Program-made: the position numbers and the translations under genes
From: a virus
Taxonomy: Duplodnaviria > Heunggongvirae > Uroviricota > Caudoviricetes
Length of the DNA stretch: 64,000 nt
Virus record (IMG/VR): IMGVR_UViG_2778261223_000007
Coordinates: 12,132-76,131 of that record
Reading direction: 5' to 3' (one strand)
Part shown: in pieces, positions 1 through 9,249 of the stretch
Numbering within the stretch: position 1 is the first letter of the stretch
Layout of the letters: the number at the start of each line of letters is the position of its first letter
The notes under the pieces: model-generated
Seen by the model: only the letters and a program-made list of their open reading frames with translations
Databases searched by the model: none
Told to the model about the DNA's origin: nothing

Positions 1-1
1 T

Positions 2-1948
2 AAGGATACATTTTTATCCACTGACGAAAACACAAAACAAGTAAAAAAAGCTGTTGAAGACGGCACCAAAAAAACTGTCGATGCGATTCATTCTTTAGGT
101 GAGCAGCTACAAGGCGGGCGTGATGGTGAAGATGGTGTTGGTGAGCACGGGTATACTTCCCCGGCTGAATTTAATGCCCCTACCAGCAACACCATTGCAG
201 CGGATCTGAATATTGGTGGCAGCAACGCCAAAAACCGCAATTACCGGAATAATAATCTCGGCAACCTTGTTTTCGCTAATCAGGAAGGGGCGACGCTGGA
301 AGCACCAAATGCAAAAGGTGAACAACGTTTTGCGCGATTTAACACGCCTGAAGAAGGGATCAGGGCGCTGGCAAACCAGGTGTCAAGCTATTACAACGGC
401 ACCAGCGCCGCTGCTGGGTATCAGAAGCTACAGACGGTATCCAGTATTATTTCCAAATGGGCACCCCCAAAGGAGAACAATACTAATCAATATATTGATA
501 ACGTCAGCAAATATCTTGGCGTCTCGCCTAATGAAAAAATAGACGTCAGCAACCCAGAGGTTATGACGCAATTAGTTCGTGCAATAGCGACGAAAGAAGG
601 TGGAAACCCGGCGGTTAACAATGAGTTCATAAAGAATGCTCTTGGGGCATTTAACACAAATACTGGTCGATGGGAGGGACAATTCTCTGACGAAACATTG
701 GCGCGGATTAATAAAATTCAGAAAGAAAATGGTGGTCAGCTAATTGCCCGCGATTCGCAATATAGTGTTGGTCGCAAGATAAAATATGTTAATGGAAAAT
801 CTCCAGCTCAACCAGTTTTGAATGCCGTTCCGACAGCAACACAACAGCCAATTGAGGTTGCACAACATGCCCAGGCAGTCAAAAAGCCACAAAAAACAGG
901 CAATCAATCGCAACCGATTAATCCAGAGAACGTTGATGTTAATACTGGCTCTCCATCAAGTCTGCTTGAGAGATTAATCGCTATAAATGACAGCGGGGTA
1001 GGTAATTTATTTGGAGGTGCGGCTACCAGCCTTGCTGGTACAAGCCTTGGCCTGATTAAGGATTTTGCGTCGGCGACTTCGTTTGGTTCTATATCTTCGC
1101 TTTCCGAAAAAGCGAAAGGAATGGATCAGGCTCTTACTGAAAAGATATCCAGCTTAACCGGTAAATCTTTTGGATTTCAAAAAGCAAGCCAGGTAACTGA
1201 TATAAGAGACGCTTTACAAAAAAGACCAAAAGCTGAACGCGATATGCCTTCAGTGGATCTTCTTTCCGGTGTTTCTTCGGCAAGTGAGAGTGAAAAAATC
1301 CCTGTAAACTCAAGGGGGATTCCAGTTTATGACAATGGATACAAGGTAATTGATGGTGAAGATAAGGGGGTGCTTGGCTCTTTGTTTGACTCGTCATTAA
1401 CAGGTCTGAAACGTATTAGCTCTGCTGTGTTACCTGCAATTGGCGATAACGTTTCACGACTTATTGGTGGGGTAGATGGCACTGGCATTGTTAATGATTT
1501 GGTTTATCAGGCTACTGGGCAGAACTCAACAATTGCTAGGGCTATTAGCCCGCTTACCAGGAGCGCCGGTAGTTGGCTGAATAATGGTATTCAACAAACC
1601 GCAGATAGCATTAGAGGTATATCAAACGAAGCCAATAATGCCATATTTGGCTCTGCGTCAGCCGTGCAAGAACCTTTTCTTGCTATGCCACCACAGCTTC
1701 CTACTGTAACAGATCTCGCACGAAGCGGAATAAGACAACCATTAACTACTGACACTATAAATAACGATCCTGCTATGTTGAAGGCGCTGGATAACATCTG
1801 CTCTATCCTGAACGATCTTCTGAATGTGAACAAGAACAATACAAAAGGCGATCCGGATAAGGTTGTCAAAACATCGCAGCCGCAACCGCGACCACGTGCT
1901 AGCACAACTATTAATGACCCGTCGCTGGATGCTCTGCTTGAGGATTAA
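2..1948 (+). CDS. tail/baseplate-associated structural protein, C-terminal part (5' end lies outside window); possibly tape-measure or Sit-like injection protein
   Basis: Frame 2 is open from the window edge to the stop at 1946-1948; sits directly upstream of baseplate-like genes; Ser/Thr/Gly/Asn-rich. Function inferred from position only. Confidence 0.45.
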   Translation, partial: KDTFLSTDENTKQVKKAVEDGTKKTVDAIHSLGEQLQGGRDGEDGVGEHGYTSPAEFNAPTSNTIAADLNIGGSNAKNRNYRNNNLGNLVFANQEGATLEAPNAKGEQRFARFNTPEEGIRALANQVSSYYNGTSAAAGYQKLQTVSSIISKWAPPKENNTNQYIDNVSKYLGVSPNEKIDVSNPEVMTQLVRAIATKEGGNPAVNNEFIKNALGAFNTNTGRWEGQFSDETLARINKIQKENGGQLIARDSQYSVGRKIKYVNGKSPAQPVLNAVPTATQQPIEVAQHAQAVKKPQKTGNQSQPINPENVDVNTGSPSSLLERLIAINDSGVGNLFGGAATSLAGTSLGLIKDFASATSFGSISSLSEKAKGMDQALTEKISSLTGKSFGFQKASQVTDIRDALQKRPKAERDMPSVDLLSGVSSASESEKIPVNSRGIPVYDNGYKVIDGEDKGVLGSLFDSSLTGLKRISSAVLPAIGDNVSRLIGGVDGTGIVNDLVYQATGQNSTIARAISPLTRSAGSWLNNGIQQTADSIRGISNEANNAIFGSASAVQEPFLAMPPQLPTVTDLARSGIRQPLTTDTINNDPAMLKALDNICSILNDLLNVNKNNTKGDPDKVVKTSQPQPRPRASTTINDPSLDALLED

Positions 1949-1953
1949 TAAAG

Positions 1954-2328
1954 ATGCTTTATGAAATAGACGCAAGACTTCAAACGAATGAGAGCGGTGT
2001 CATTATTGCAGAAGGAAGTTCCGCAGCATGGATGGCCCGACTTGACGAGTGGCTACGAACCCCTGAAGGGAGTGTTTATGGTTTACCCTCTTGGGGGAAT
2101 CCAATGGAAGAATTTAAGCATGAACCATTCGGCTCTGAAACTTCGCACATAGTTGAAGTGGCTATTGAAGGGAGAATGATGAAAAAACTACGACAAGACT
2201 TGCCAGGTTTGGATGTGCAGGGGATTCGTTGCACATCAATTTCTGAAGATTCTTTATTAATTAGTTTTTATGCGAAAGGTGGGAGCATGGATATTGTTAT
2301 GCAGAAATCAAGTGGGGTGGGCGCGTGA
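1954..2328 (+). CDS. baseplate wedge protein (gp25/W-like)
   Basis: 124 aa, tightly packed in tail operon; segment EWLRTPEGSVYGLPSWGNPMEEFKHEP resembles gp25/GPW-type baseplate proteins (from memory). Confidence 0.4.
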   Translation: MLYEIDARLQTNESGVIIAEGSSAAWMARLDEWLRTPEGSVYGLPSWGNPMEEFKHEPFGSETSHIVEVAIEGRMMKKLRQDLPGLDVQGIRCTSISEDSLLISFYAKGGSMDIVMQKSSGVGA

Positions 2329-3755
2329 CGATTACAGAATTACTGGACAAATTTAACGCCAAGTTAAATGAAAACACATGGTGGTCACGATTTGTAAATA
2401 GTCAGTTTGTGCAGATGCACGCTATATTCGGATCACAGCTTATTTATATTGCCCGTACATTTGCAAGCCGCGGCCTCACTGAGGGACTTATTTCAACGGC
2501 TACGCGCCGCTCAAGTATTTTAGCGGTTGCTGAAGACCGTAGCTACGTAGGGCGATTTGTTAGTGCTTCATACGGAACAACGTCTATAACCAATAAAACT
2601 GATCGGGATATTACGTTACCAGCCGGGGCTGAATTGCTTGCCAATGACCAAACACCTTTGGCAATTATTAACAGTGTTGTAATTCCTGCTGGAGGAACTG
2701 TTTCTGGCGTAGAAACTAAACAGCATGAAGCTGTTAGCGTTACATTTGATATTGAGAAGGAAACTTTATTTCTGACATTGTTGCTTTCCAGAGAATTAAC
2801 AAAAGAAGTCTCTAGCCTGGATGTTTATGTTATTACAGATGGCGTAGAAGAAAAATGGACATATAACCCATTATTTAGAATGTCCAGAGACAAGAGTAAG
2901 CACTATTCATTGGCATATAAACCTACAGAACAACTTGGAGTCAAGTTTGGTGATGGTTCTATGGGTATGATGCCTCCAGCAGGCTGTCAGGTTCGAATCG
3001 ATGTTATGGCTAGCCTTGGCGACTATACTTTGGCTGAAGGACAAAAGTTAGAACCGGCTGGAAATATCGCTCAATATGTGGAGTCACTAGAGTTTAAAAC
3101 TGATTCGATCATTACCGGTGGTAGTGGTATGGAAACTACAGAAGAAACTCGAAATCGTGCTCAGTATTATGTTGCATACGATGAACAAGTGGTATGGGGC
3201 GGTGATTATCGCCAATTCATTCAGAATGTTGTTCATGGAACTTCATGGTTGAACGTTTGGGGCGAAGCGTTGCAAGAGAAAATAACTGGGTTTGACGTTC
3301 GAAACATCAACAAGATTTTCTTTTGCGGACATAAGCCAGGTGTAAGCCAGGCTCAGCTAAAATCAGAAATACTGAAAGCTCTAGAGAATGTTCCAAATGA
3401 GTTGAACAAGCGGTTTGAGTATGTAGATACAAATGAACAACCATTTACTATAATATTTACAGGTATTGCACGTAAAAATGTTCTGATAGACGACGCTCAA
3501 AATGCTATTAAAGCAGCGTTGGAAGAAAATTTTGGTCGTGATTCGTCATCATTCAGTTTATTACTACAGAGTGATGATGATTCTCAGCAATGTTATGCAC
3601 AGGTAAAAGTTAAAGATATTTGGCGAGTAATAGAGTCGCTGGATATGTTTCTCTCTTATGACATAACAATACAAAATATGAAAGATGCAGTTTACTTTAA
3701 TGACTTCATTTATCTTGACGTGAAATCTTCAACGTTCAGCATTTCTTACCCGTAA
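2325..3755 (+). CDS. baseplate J-like protein
   Basis: 476 aa, GTG start overlapping upstream stop (translational coupling); W-J-I-fibre gene order typical of myovirus baseplate modules. Confidence 0.4.
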   Translation: MTITELLDKFNAKLNENTWWSRFVNSQFVQMHAIFGSQLIYIARTFASRGLTEGLISTATRRSSILAVAEDRSYVGRFVSASYGTTSITNKTDRDITLPAGAELLANDQTPLAIINSVVIPAGGTVSGVETKQHEAVSVTFDIEKETLFLTLLLSRELTKEVSSLDVYVITDGVEEKWTYNPLFRMSRDKSKHYSLAYKPTEQLGVKFGDGSMGMMPPAGCQVRIDVMASLGDYTLAEGQKLEPAGNIAQYVESLEFKTDSIITGGSGMETTEETRNRAQYYVAYDEQVVWGGDYRQFIQNVVHGTSWLNVWGEALQEKITGFDVRNINKIFFCGHKPGVSQAQLKSEILKALENVPNELNKRFEYVDTNEQPFTIIFTGIARKNVLIDDAQNAIKAALEENFGRDSSSFSLLLQSDDDSQQCYAQVKVKDIWRVIESLDMFLSYDITIQNMKDAVYFNDFIYLDVKSSTFSISYP

Positions 3756-3765
3756 TGAGGTTAGC

Positions 3766-4611
3766 ATGAAAGATAATTGGCTTAAGGAACGATTAACTAA
3801 AGTAAAACAGGATTCACATCTCTGGAGTGCATTTATAGACGCTTTACAGGATGTCTGGAATGAGGCAGTAGAACCAATATTAACAAGAATAAGTAACAGA
3901 AAATCCTTCTTCACTATGGACAGTGAGGACATGGATGCCCGCATTGCTGAATACGGGCGTTTTTTCGTTATCACTGAAAAAGATAAGGCTCGTAGGCCAA
4001 TGCTGCTGGCACAACGTTTAGATGAAGTGCACTTTAAAGGCACTATCTTGCCAATTGAGCAGACATTCTGGCGTGAATTCGGTTGTATTCCTGTTAGTTG
4101 GGAACCGCTGTATGCACCTGTAAATATAGAAAAACACCCCTATGGTTCATATTTTGCGACCGAAATAGAAATACCTACGGCACAGGCTCAATTCGGTGAG
4201 TTCTTCCTGACATCAAGGGGGCTGGTCGTTGTTGATCAGAACAAGCTATATCGCTCATATGGAGAGCAGGATAAAGAAGCCGCTGTACAGAAATTGTTAT
4301 CTGACTTCGAAACAGTAATAGCCCCTTTATTGCCATTGCATATTGTTTTTGATGGCGTCTCGTTTCGGCTTAGTGCTGTATTCCCTGAAGTGGCAGAAAT
4401 ACTAAATTGCTTGTCTACGGATGTTTCGGTAATTGAAGGTGTTTATGTTACTGAGAGTATGGCTGATATGCTATCCCGTAGTGATACCTCCTGCCAGGTA
4501 GACAATATTTCTCTTAACGCCATACCGAACCGAACGGCAGAAAAGCAATTACATCTTGATGTAACCCCACTCGATGCGTGGCCTTTGGATTACCACCTTC
4601 AACCTGTTTAA
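3766..4611 (+). CDS. baseplate/tail protein (I-like)
   Basis: 281 aa ORF with ATG start, between J-like gene and fibre genes; hairpin follows the stop. Confidence 0.35.
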   Translation: MKDNWLKERLTKVKQDSHLWSAFIDALQDVWNEAVEPILTRISNRKSFFTMDSEDMDARIAEYGRFFVITEKDKARRPMLLAQRLDEVHFKGTILPIEQTFWREFGCIPVSWEPLYAPVNIEKHPYGSYFATEIEIPTAQAQFGEFFLTSRGLVVVDQNKLYRSYGEQDKEAAVQKLLSDFETVIAPLLPLHIVFDGVSFRLSAVFPEVAEILNCLSTDVSVIEGVYVTESMADMLSRSDTSCQVDNISLNAIPNRTAEKQLHLDVTPLDAWPLDYHLQPV

Positions 4612-4705
4612 TAATTCCTCCCCCGCATTTGGGGGAAGAACAACGGAAATCACAAACTGAGCATACTCTCCTTTGGTTCATTGCTTATGAAGGAGCTATG
4701 TTCGT

Positions 4706-5152
4706 ATGGCTGAAAATTTAAAGGCAAGAGATGGTAACCGCCTGTATAAGGCACAATTGCTTTCCTACTATTATTCACGCCGCGCTGAGTCGGCGATCGG
4801 CAAAGGTGCGCGTTTTGTTATCTCTAAGGCGTATTGGTGCAAATCTAGTCTGGTAACTGCTAATGGTGCAGGAGGCTGGAATATAGCGGACATTCCACTC
4901 GATTTTAAATTGAGTGACGCTCAACAGTTTGCTGTGTCCGATCTGATATTGTCCAGCGTGGATGGGATTATCACTATCAATGCAGCCTTCCCACAAGAAA
5001 GAATGCCGGATAACACGCCTTACGATTTTAACACGCTTGTGCTTGTTGATGCTGAGGAACGGGCTTTTGGTGTGCTTTGCACCCAGCAAGATACCCTCTA
5101 TAAAGGTAAACGTTACAGTATTCTCATGACAATCGAGCAAGTTGAGGGTTGA
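4706..5152 (+). CDS. tail-fibre-associated protein (P1 R-like position)
   Basis: 148 aa, stop overlaps start of tail-fibre gene (ATGA-type coupling). Confidence 0.35.
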   Translation: MAENLKARDGNRLYKAQLLSYYYSRRAESAIGKGARFVISKAYWCKSSLVTANGAGGWNIADIPLDFKLSDAQQFAVSDLILSSVDGIITINAAFPQERMPDNTPYDFNTLVLVDAEERAFGVLCTQQDTLYKGKRYSILMTIEQVEG

Positions 5153-8100
5153 TTATGGGGGCTGATAAAACGAACAACATAATGACACTATCCTCTGGTG
5201 TCTCACAGCCTTTGCTTGCTGATGTTCAATATTTCGAACTCTATAGTAGTTCGGCTCTTAACAGAAAACTTAAAAATATTGTTTTGCCTGGCTTTTACTG
5301 TGGATTTGAACCAGTTCCCGGCACAGGGTTGAGTGTTCGTATAACTTCTGAAAACTCAGAAGGTAAAGGGGCTGCTTCAGTAGATGTAAATAATGTTCAG
5401 ATATCCGTTCAGCAAATAGAAGATGTGACTGTCTCGGTAAAGGCTGGGGCTACCAACATTATTGTGCTGGAAGCCAATTTTGAACATGGTGTAAAAACGA
5501 CACAGGTAGATAGCGCATCTTCTGTCAGTGCTGCAAGAATTTACGCGCGTACGGACAATACTATTGGGCAGAATCAAATTGAATTATGTCGAGTTATCGT
5601 GCCTAACGGCGCAACGGCTGTGACTAAAGAAATGATTGTGCTTAAATACCGGGTTAACCGTGCTGTTGGTGTCGAATTCTCTAATGAAATAAGCAGTACA
5701 GAAGAAAGAAAAGCGGCTACACCTCTGGCTGTCAAAACTCTCCATGATTTGGTTGATACAAAAGCTCCGCTCGATAGTCCGCATCTGTCAGGTACGCCGA
5801 CTTCGCCGACACCTGAACCCGGTACAAACAACACACAGATCGCAAATGCGGCCTTTGTCTATGCTGCTATAAATGCGCTTATCAATGGTGCTCCGGGAAC
5901 GATGGACACGCTGAAAGAAATAGCGGCTGCGATCAATAACGACCCGAATTTCAGCACAACTATCAACAATGCCCTGGCTCTTAAAGCTCCTTTGGCAAGC
6001 CCGGCGTTCACAGGTACGCCGACAGCACCTACGGCCTCACAAGGCACAAATAGCACGCAGATTGCAAATACAGCCTTTGTTAAGGCAGCTATAACGGCAC
6101 TTATCAACGGTGCGCCTGGCACACTGGATACGCTGAAAGAAATAGCGGCTGCGATCAATAACGACCCGAATTTCAGCACAACTATCAACAATGCCCTGGC
6201 TCTCAAAGCGCCTTTGGCAAGCCCTGCATTAACGGGTGTCCCTACTGCGCCGACCGCCGCACAGGGCACAAATAATACGCAGATTGCTACGACCGCTTAT
6301 GTAAGAGCTGCCATATCCGCATTGGTTGGTTCATCACCAGAAGCTCTTGATACCCTGAATGAGCTTGCCGCAGCACTTGGCAATGACCCGAACTTTGCGA
6401 CAACAATGACAAATGCGCTGGCAGGCAAACAGCCTCTGGATGCAACTTTAACCGCGCTCGCTGGCCTTGCGACTGGTGCAAACAAACTGCCTTATTTCAC
6501 CGGTAAGGATACGGTAGCGCAGACTGATTTAACGTCAGTCGGTCGCGATATTCTGGCTAAAACAAGCACACTGGCCGTTATCCAATACCTTGGTTTAAGA
6601 GAACTCGGTACCAGTGGTGAAAAGATCCCCCTGTTGAGTACGGCTAACACATGGAGTGCGCGCCAGACTTTCAATGGCGGGATCACCGGGGCGCTGACAG
6701 GGAACGCCGACACCGCGACGAAATTGAAAACAGCCATAAACATTAATGGCGTCAGGTTCGATGGTTCGGCTGACATTAATATCAATACTCTGGTATCGCG
6801 TGGTCGCGTAACGGCTCTGGGGGCGAATGCACAGGGGACATCCGGGATTCAGCTGTATGAGGCATACAACAATGGCTATCCTTCCCCCTATGGCAATGTG
6901 CTTCACCTTAAAGGTGCCACCGCTGCTGGCGAAGGTGAATTATTCATTGGCTGGAGTGGCTCGAGCGGTGACCATGCGCCCGTACATATCCGTTCGCGGC
7001 GTGATACTGATTCTGCCAACTGGTCTGAATGGGCACAGGTCTATACGTCAAAAGATTCAGTTCCCGGCGTTAATGCCAAAGGGAATCAGGATACCTCTGG
7101 TAATGCGGCTACAGCGACCAAATTGCAGACGGCGTGTACTATCAACGGTGTCTCGTTTGATGGTTCTAAAAACATTGAGCTAACGGCGGAAGATTTAAAT
7201 CTTGAGCAAACCGTAGAATTAGCCGCAGGAGCATTGCAGAAAAACCAGAACGGTGCAGATATTCCGAATAAAGATAAATTCATACAAAACACAGGGGCCT
7301 GTCGTGCATTTAGCGGTCAGACTGATATCGATGGTTCACAAGGTGAATGGTCGACAGTTGCATTTATCTCGTGGCTGGAGAATAACGGAGCTTTCCGACA
7401 TCCATACTGGATGTGTAAAGGGTCATGGTCCTATGCCAGAAACAGGGTTATTACGGATACCGGTTGTGGAAATATCTGCCTTGCCGGAGCCGTGATTGAG
7501 GTTATGGGAACCCGCGGCGCAATGACCATACGCGTTACCACGCCGAGCACGTCCAGCGGTGGCGGAATCACTAACGCTCAATTCACTTATATTAATCATG
7601 GTGATGCTTACGCTCCTGGCTGGCGACGAGACTACAACACGAAAAACCAGCAGCCTGCATTTGCTTTAGGGCAAACAGGACGCAGGGTCGCAAATGATAA
7701 AGCTGTTGGCTGGAACTGGAATAGCGGCGTTTATGATGCAGATATCAGTGGCGCATCGACATTAATCCTCCACTTTAATATGAATGCGGGGAGTTGCCCT
7801 GCTGTACAGTTCCGCGTGAATTACAGAAATGGCGGTATCTTTTATCGTTCAGCGCGTGATGGTTATGGCTTTGAAGCTAACTGGTCAGAGTTTTACACCA
7901 CAACACGCAAACCCTCTGCGGGAGATGTTGGTGCATATACGCAGGCAGAATGTAACTCAAGGTTTATTACAGGTATTCGCCTTGGCGGTCTGTCATCTGT
8001 TAAGACATGGAATGGTCCTGGCTGGTCTGACAGGTCAGGTTATGTCGTTACTGGTTCAGTTAACGGAAACCGTGATGAATTAATTGATACAACTCAGGCA

Positions 8101-8154
8101 AGGCCAATTCAGTATTGCATTAATGGAACGTGGTATAACGCGGGGAGTATTTAA
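5149..8154 (+). CDS. tail fibre protein S (constant part 5149..6590 plus variable part Sv in current orientation)
   Basis: 1001 aa; three tandem 74-aa repeats (NNDPNFSTTINNALALKAPLASP...) typical of phage fibres; the cix crossover site lies inside the gene at 6578..6603; followed by tail-fibre assembly gene. Confidence 0.85.
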   Translation: MIMGADKTNNIMTLSSGVSQPLLADVQYFELYSSSALNRKLKNIVLPGFYCGFEPVPGTGLSVRITSENSEGKGAASVDVNNVQISVQQIEDVTVSVKAGATNIIVLEANFEHGVKTTQVDSASSVSAARIYARTDNTIGQNQIELCRVIVPNGATAVTKEMIVLKYRVNRAVGVEFSNEISSTEERKAATPLAVKTLHDLVDTKAPLDSPHLSGTPTSPTPEPGTNNTQIANAAFVYAAINALINGAPGTMDTLKEIAAAINNDPNFSTTINNALALKAPLASPAFTGTPTAPTASQGTNSTQIANTAFVKAAITALINGAPGTLDTLKEIAAAINNDPNFSTTINNALALKAPLASPALTGVPTAPTAAQGTNNTQIATTAYVRAAISALVGSSPEALDTLNELAAALGNDPNFATTMTNALAGKQPLDATLTALAGLATGANKLPYFTGKDTVAQTDLTSVGRDILAKTSTLAVIQYLGLRELGTSGEKIPLLSTANTWSARQTFNGGITGALTGNADTATKLKTAININGVRFDGSADININTLVSRGRVTALGANAQGTSGIQLYEAYNNGYPSPYGNVLHLKGATAAGEGELFIGWSGSSGDHAPVHIRSRRDTDSANWSEWAQVYTSKDSVPGVNAKGNQDTSGNAATATKLQTACTINGVSFDGSKNIELTAEDLNLEQTVELAAGALQKNQNGADIPNKDKFIQNTGACRAFSGQTDIDGSQGEWSTVAFISWLENNGAFRHPYWMCKGSWSYARNRVITDTGCGNICLAGAVIEVMGTRGAMTIRVTTPSTSSGGGITNAQFTYINHGDAYAPGWRRDYNTKNQQPAFALGQTGRRVANDKAVGWNWNSGVYDADISGASTLILHFNMNAGSCPAVQFRVNYRNGGIFYRSARDGYGFEANWSEFYTTTRKPSAGDVGAYTQAECNSRFITGIRLGGLSSVKTWNGPGWSDRSGYVVTGSVNGNRDELIDTTQARPIQYCINGTWYNAGSI
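5761..6426 (+). repeat. three tandem copies of a 222-bp (74-codon) unit inside tail fibre gene S
   Basis: Copies start at 5761, 5983 and 6205; copies 1 and 2 share long identical nucleotide stretches, copy 3 is diverged. Confidence 0.85.
6578..6603. other. cix-like crossover site (left): TTATCCAATACC-TT-GGTTTAAGAGAA
   Basis: 26-bp site of Gin/Hin/Cin type inside the fibre gene at the constant/variable junction; core dinucleotide TT matches the right site in inverted orientation. Confidence 0.7.
6592..6767. repeat. inverted repeat, left arm (~176 bp) at the inner side of cixL
   Basis: Reverse complement of 10679..10854 with only a few mismatches; encodes the shared first ~60 residues of Sv and Sv'. 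Confidence 0.8.
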
Positions 8155-8156
8155 TT

Positions 8157-8690
8157 ATGATGCACTTAAAAAATATTACTGCTGGCAACCCTAAAACAAA
8201 AGAGCAATACCAGCTAACAAAGCAATTTAACATCAAATGGCTTTATTCAGATGATGGAAAAAACTGGTATGAGGAACAAAAGAATTTCCAGCCAGACACT
8301 TTGAAAATGGTCTATGACCATAACGGCGTTATTATTTGTATTGAAAAGGATGTTTCAGCAATTAATCCGGAAGGCGCAAGCGTCGTTGAATTACCTGATA
8401 TTACAGCAAATCGCCGGGCTGATATTTCGGGTAAATGGATGTTCAAAGATGGCGTAGTGATAAAGCGAACTTATACCGAGGAGGAACAGAGGCAGCAGGC
8501 AGAGAATGAAAAGCAAAGCCTGTTGCAACTTGTCAGGGATAAAACCCAGCTATGGGACTCACAGCTACGGCTGGGTATCATTTCCGACGAGAATAAACAA
8601 AAATTAACCGAGTGGATGCTCTATGCGCAGAAGGTCGAATCCACAGACACCTCCAGCCTGCCAGTAACGTTTCCAGAACAACCAGAATGA
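8157..8690 (+). CDS. tail fibre assembly protein U
   Basis: 177 aa; N-terminus [22 protein letters not shown] is the classic Tfa/U-type start; immediately after the fibre gene. Confidence 0.8.
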   Translation: MMHLKNITAGNPKTKEQYQLTKQFNIKWLYSDDGKNWYEEQKNFQPDTLKMVYDHNGVIICIEKDVSAINPEGASVVELPDITANRRADISGKWMFKDGVVIKRTYTEEEQRQQAENEKQSLLQLVRDKTQLWDSQLRLGIISDENKQKLTEWMLYAQKVESTDTSSLPVTFPEQPE

Positions 8691-8694
8691 AACA

Positions 8695-8720
8695 AGGCCC
8701 GCTATCGGGCCTTAATTTTT
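8695..8720. terminator. bidirectional rho-independent terminator between convergent U and U'
   Basis: Hairpin AGGCCCG-CTAT-CGGGCCT followed by TAATTTTT. Confidence 0.6.
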
Positions 8721-9249
8721 ATTCAGGCTTTTGTGGCCATTCAGGATTTGCCGTATCCACACGGCTGACCAGAACACTATAGCGTTCCCATGACTCCAGT
8801 CGTGCGCGTTCCTCATCCGTCGCCATATTCAGCCTGACAGCGCGTTCCAGTGGCTGAATAACGTTTTCTGCTTCGGAAAGTAACGCGGCCTTTTGTGATT
8901 CGGCCTGTTGTTGTTGCTCGTCTGCCGTATAAATCCGTTTAACCACAGCTCCGTCCTTAAACATCCACTTCCCTGAATCATCGGCACGACGATTGGCTGT
9001 TATATCTGGAATCTCAACGACGCTAAAGCCTTCGGGATTAAGCGTTGAGGCATCTTTGGTTATGGCAACAATAATATTATTTTCGTCGTATACAATCTTT
9101 ATGGTGTCGTCCTGAAAGTTATTTACTTCTTCATACCAGTTTTTACCGTCTTCGGACCATAACCAGATAACATCAAAATTCTTTGTTAGCTGATATTGTT
9201 CTTTCGTTTTAGGATTTCCAGACTTAATATTTTTTAAATGCTGCATCAT
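8719..9249 (-). CDS. alternative tail fibre assembly protein U'
   Basis: 176 aa paralog of U on the opposite strand ([25 protein letters not shown]...), convergent with U inside the invertible segment. Confidence 0.8.
   Translation of the reverse strand: MMQHLKNIKSGNPKTKEQYQLTKNFDVIWLWSEDGKNWYEEVNNFQDDTIKIVYDENNIIVAITKDASTLNPEGFSVVEIPDITANRRADDSGKWMFKDGAVVKRIYTADEQQQQAESQKAALLSEAENVIQPLERAVRLNMATDEERARLESWERYSVLVSRVDTANPEWPQKPE

Noticed and set aside
213-542. 109-aa ORF at the window start
   Set aside because: Overlaps the long open frame of the tail structural protein in a different frame.
5761-6426. Tandem repeats considered as a possible CRISPR-like array
   Set aside because: The units are 222 bp, in-frame coding repeats of the fibre gene with no short repeat/spacer alternation; no CRISPR array was seen anywhere in the window.
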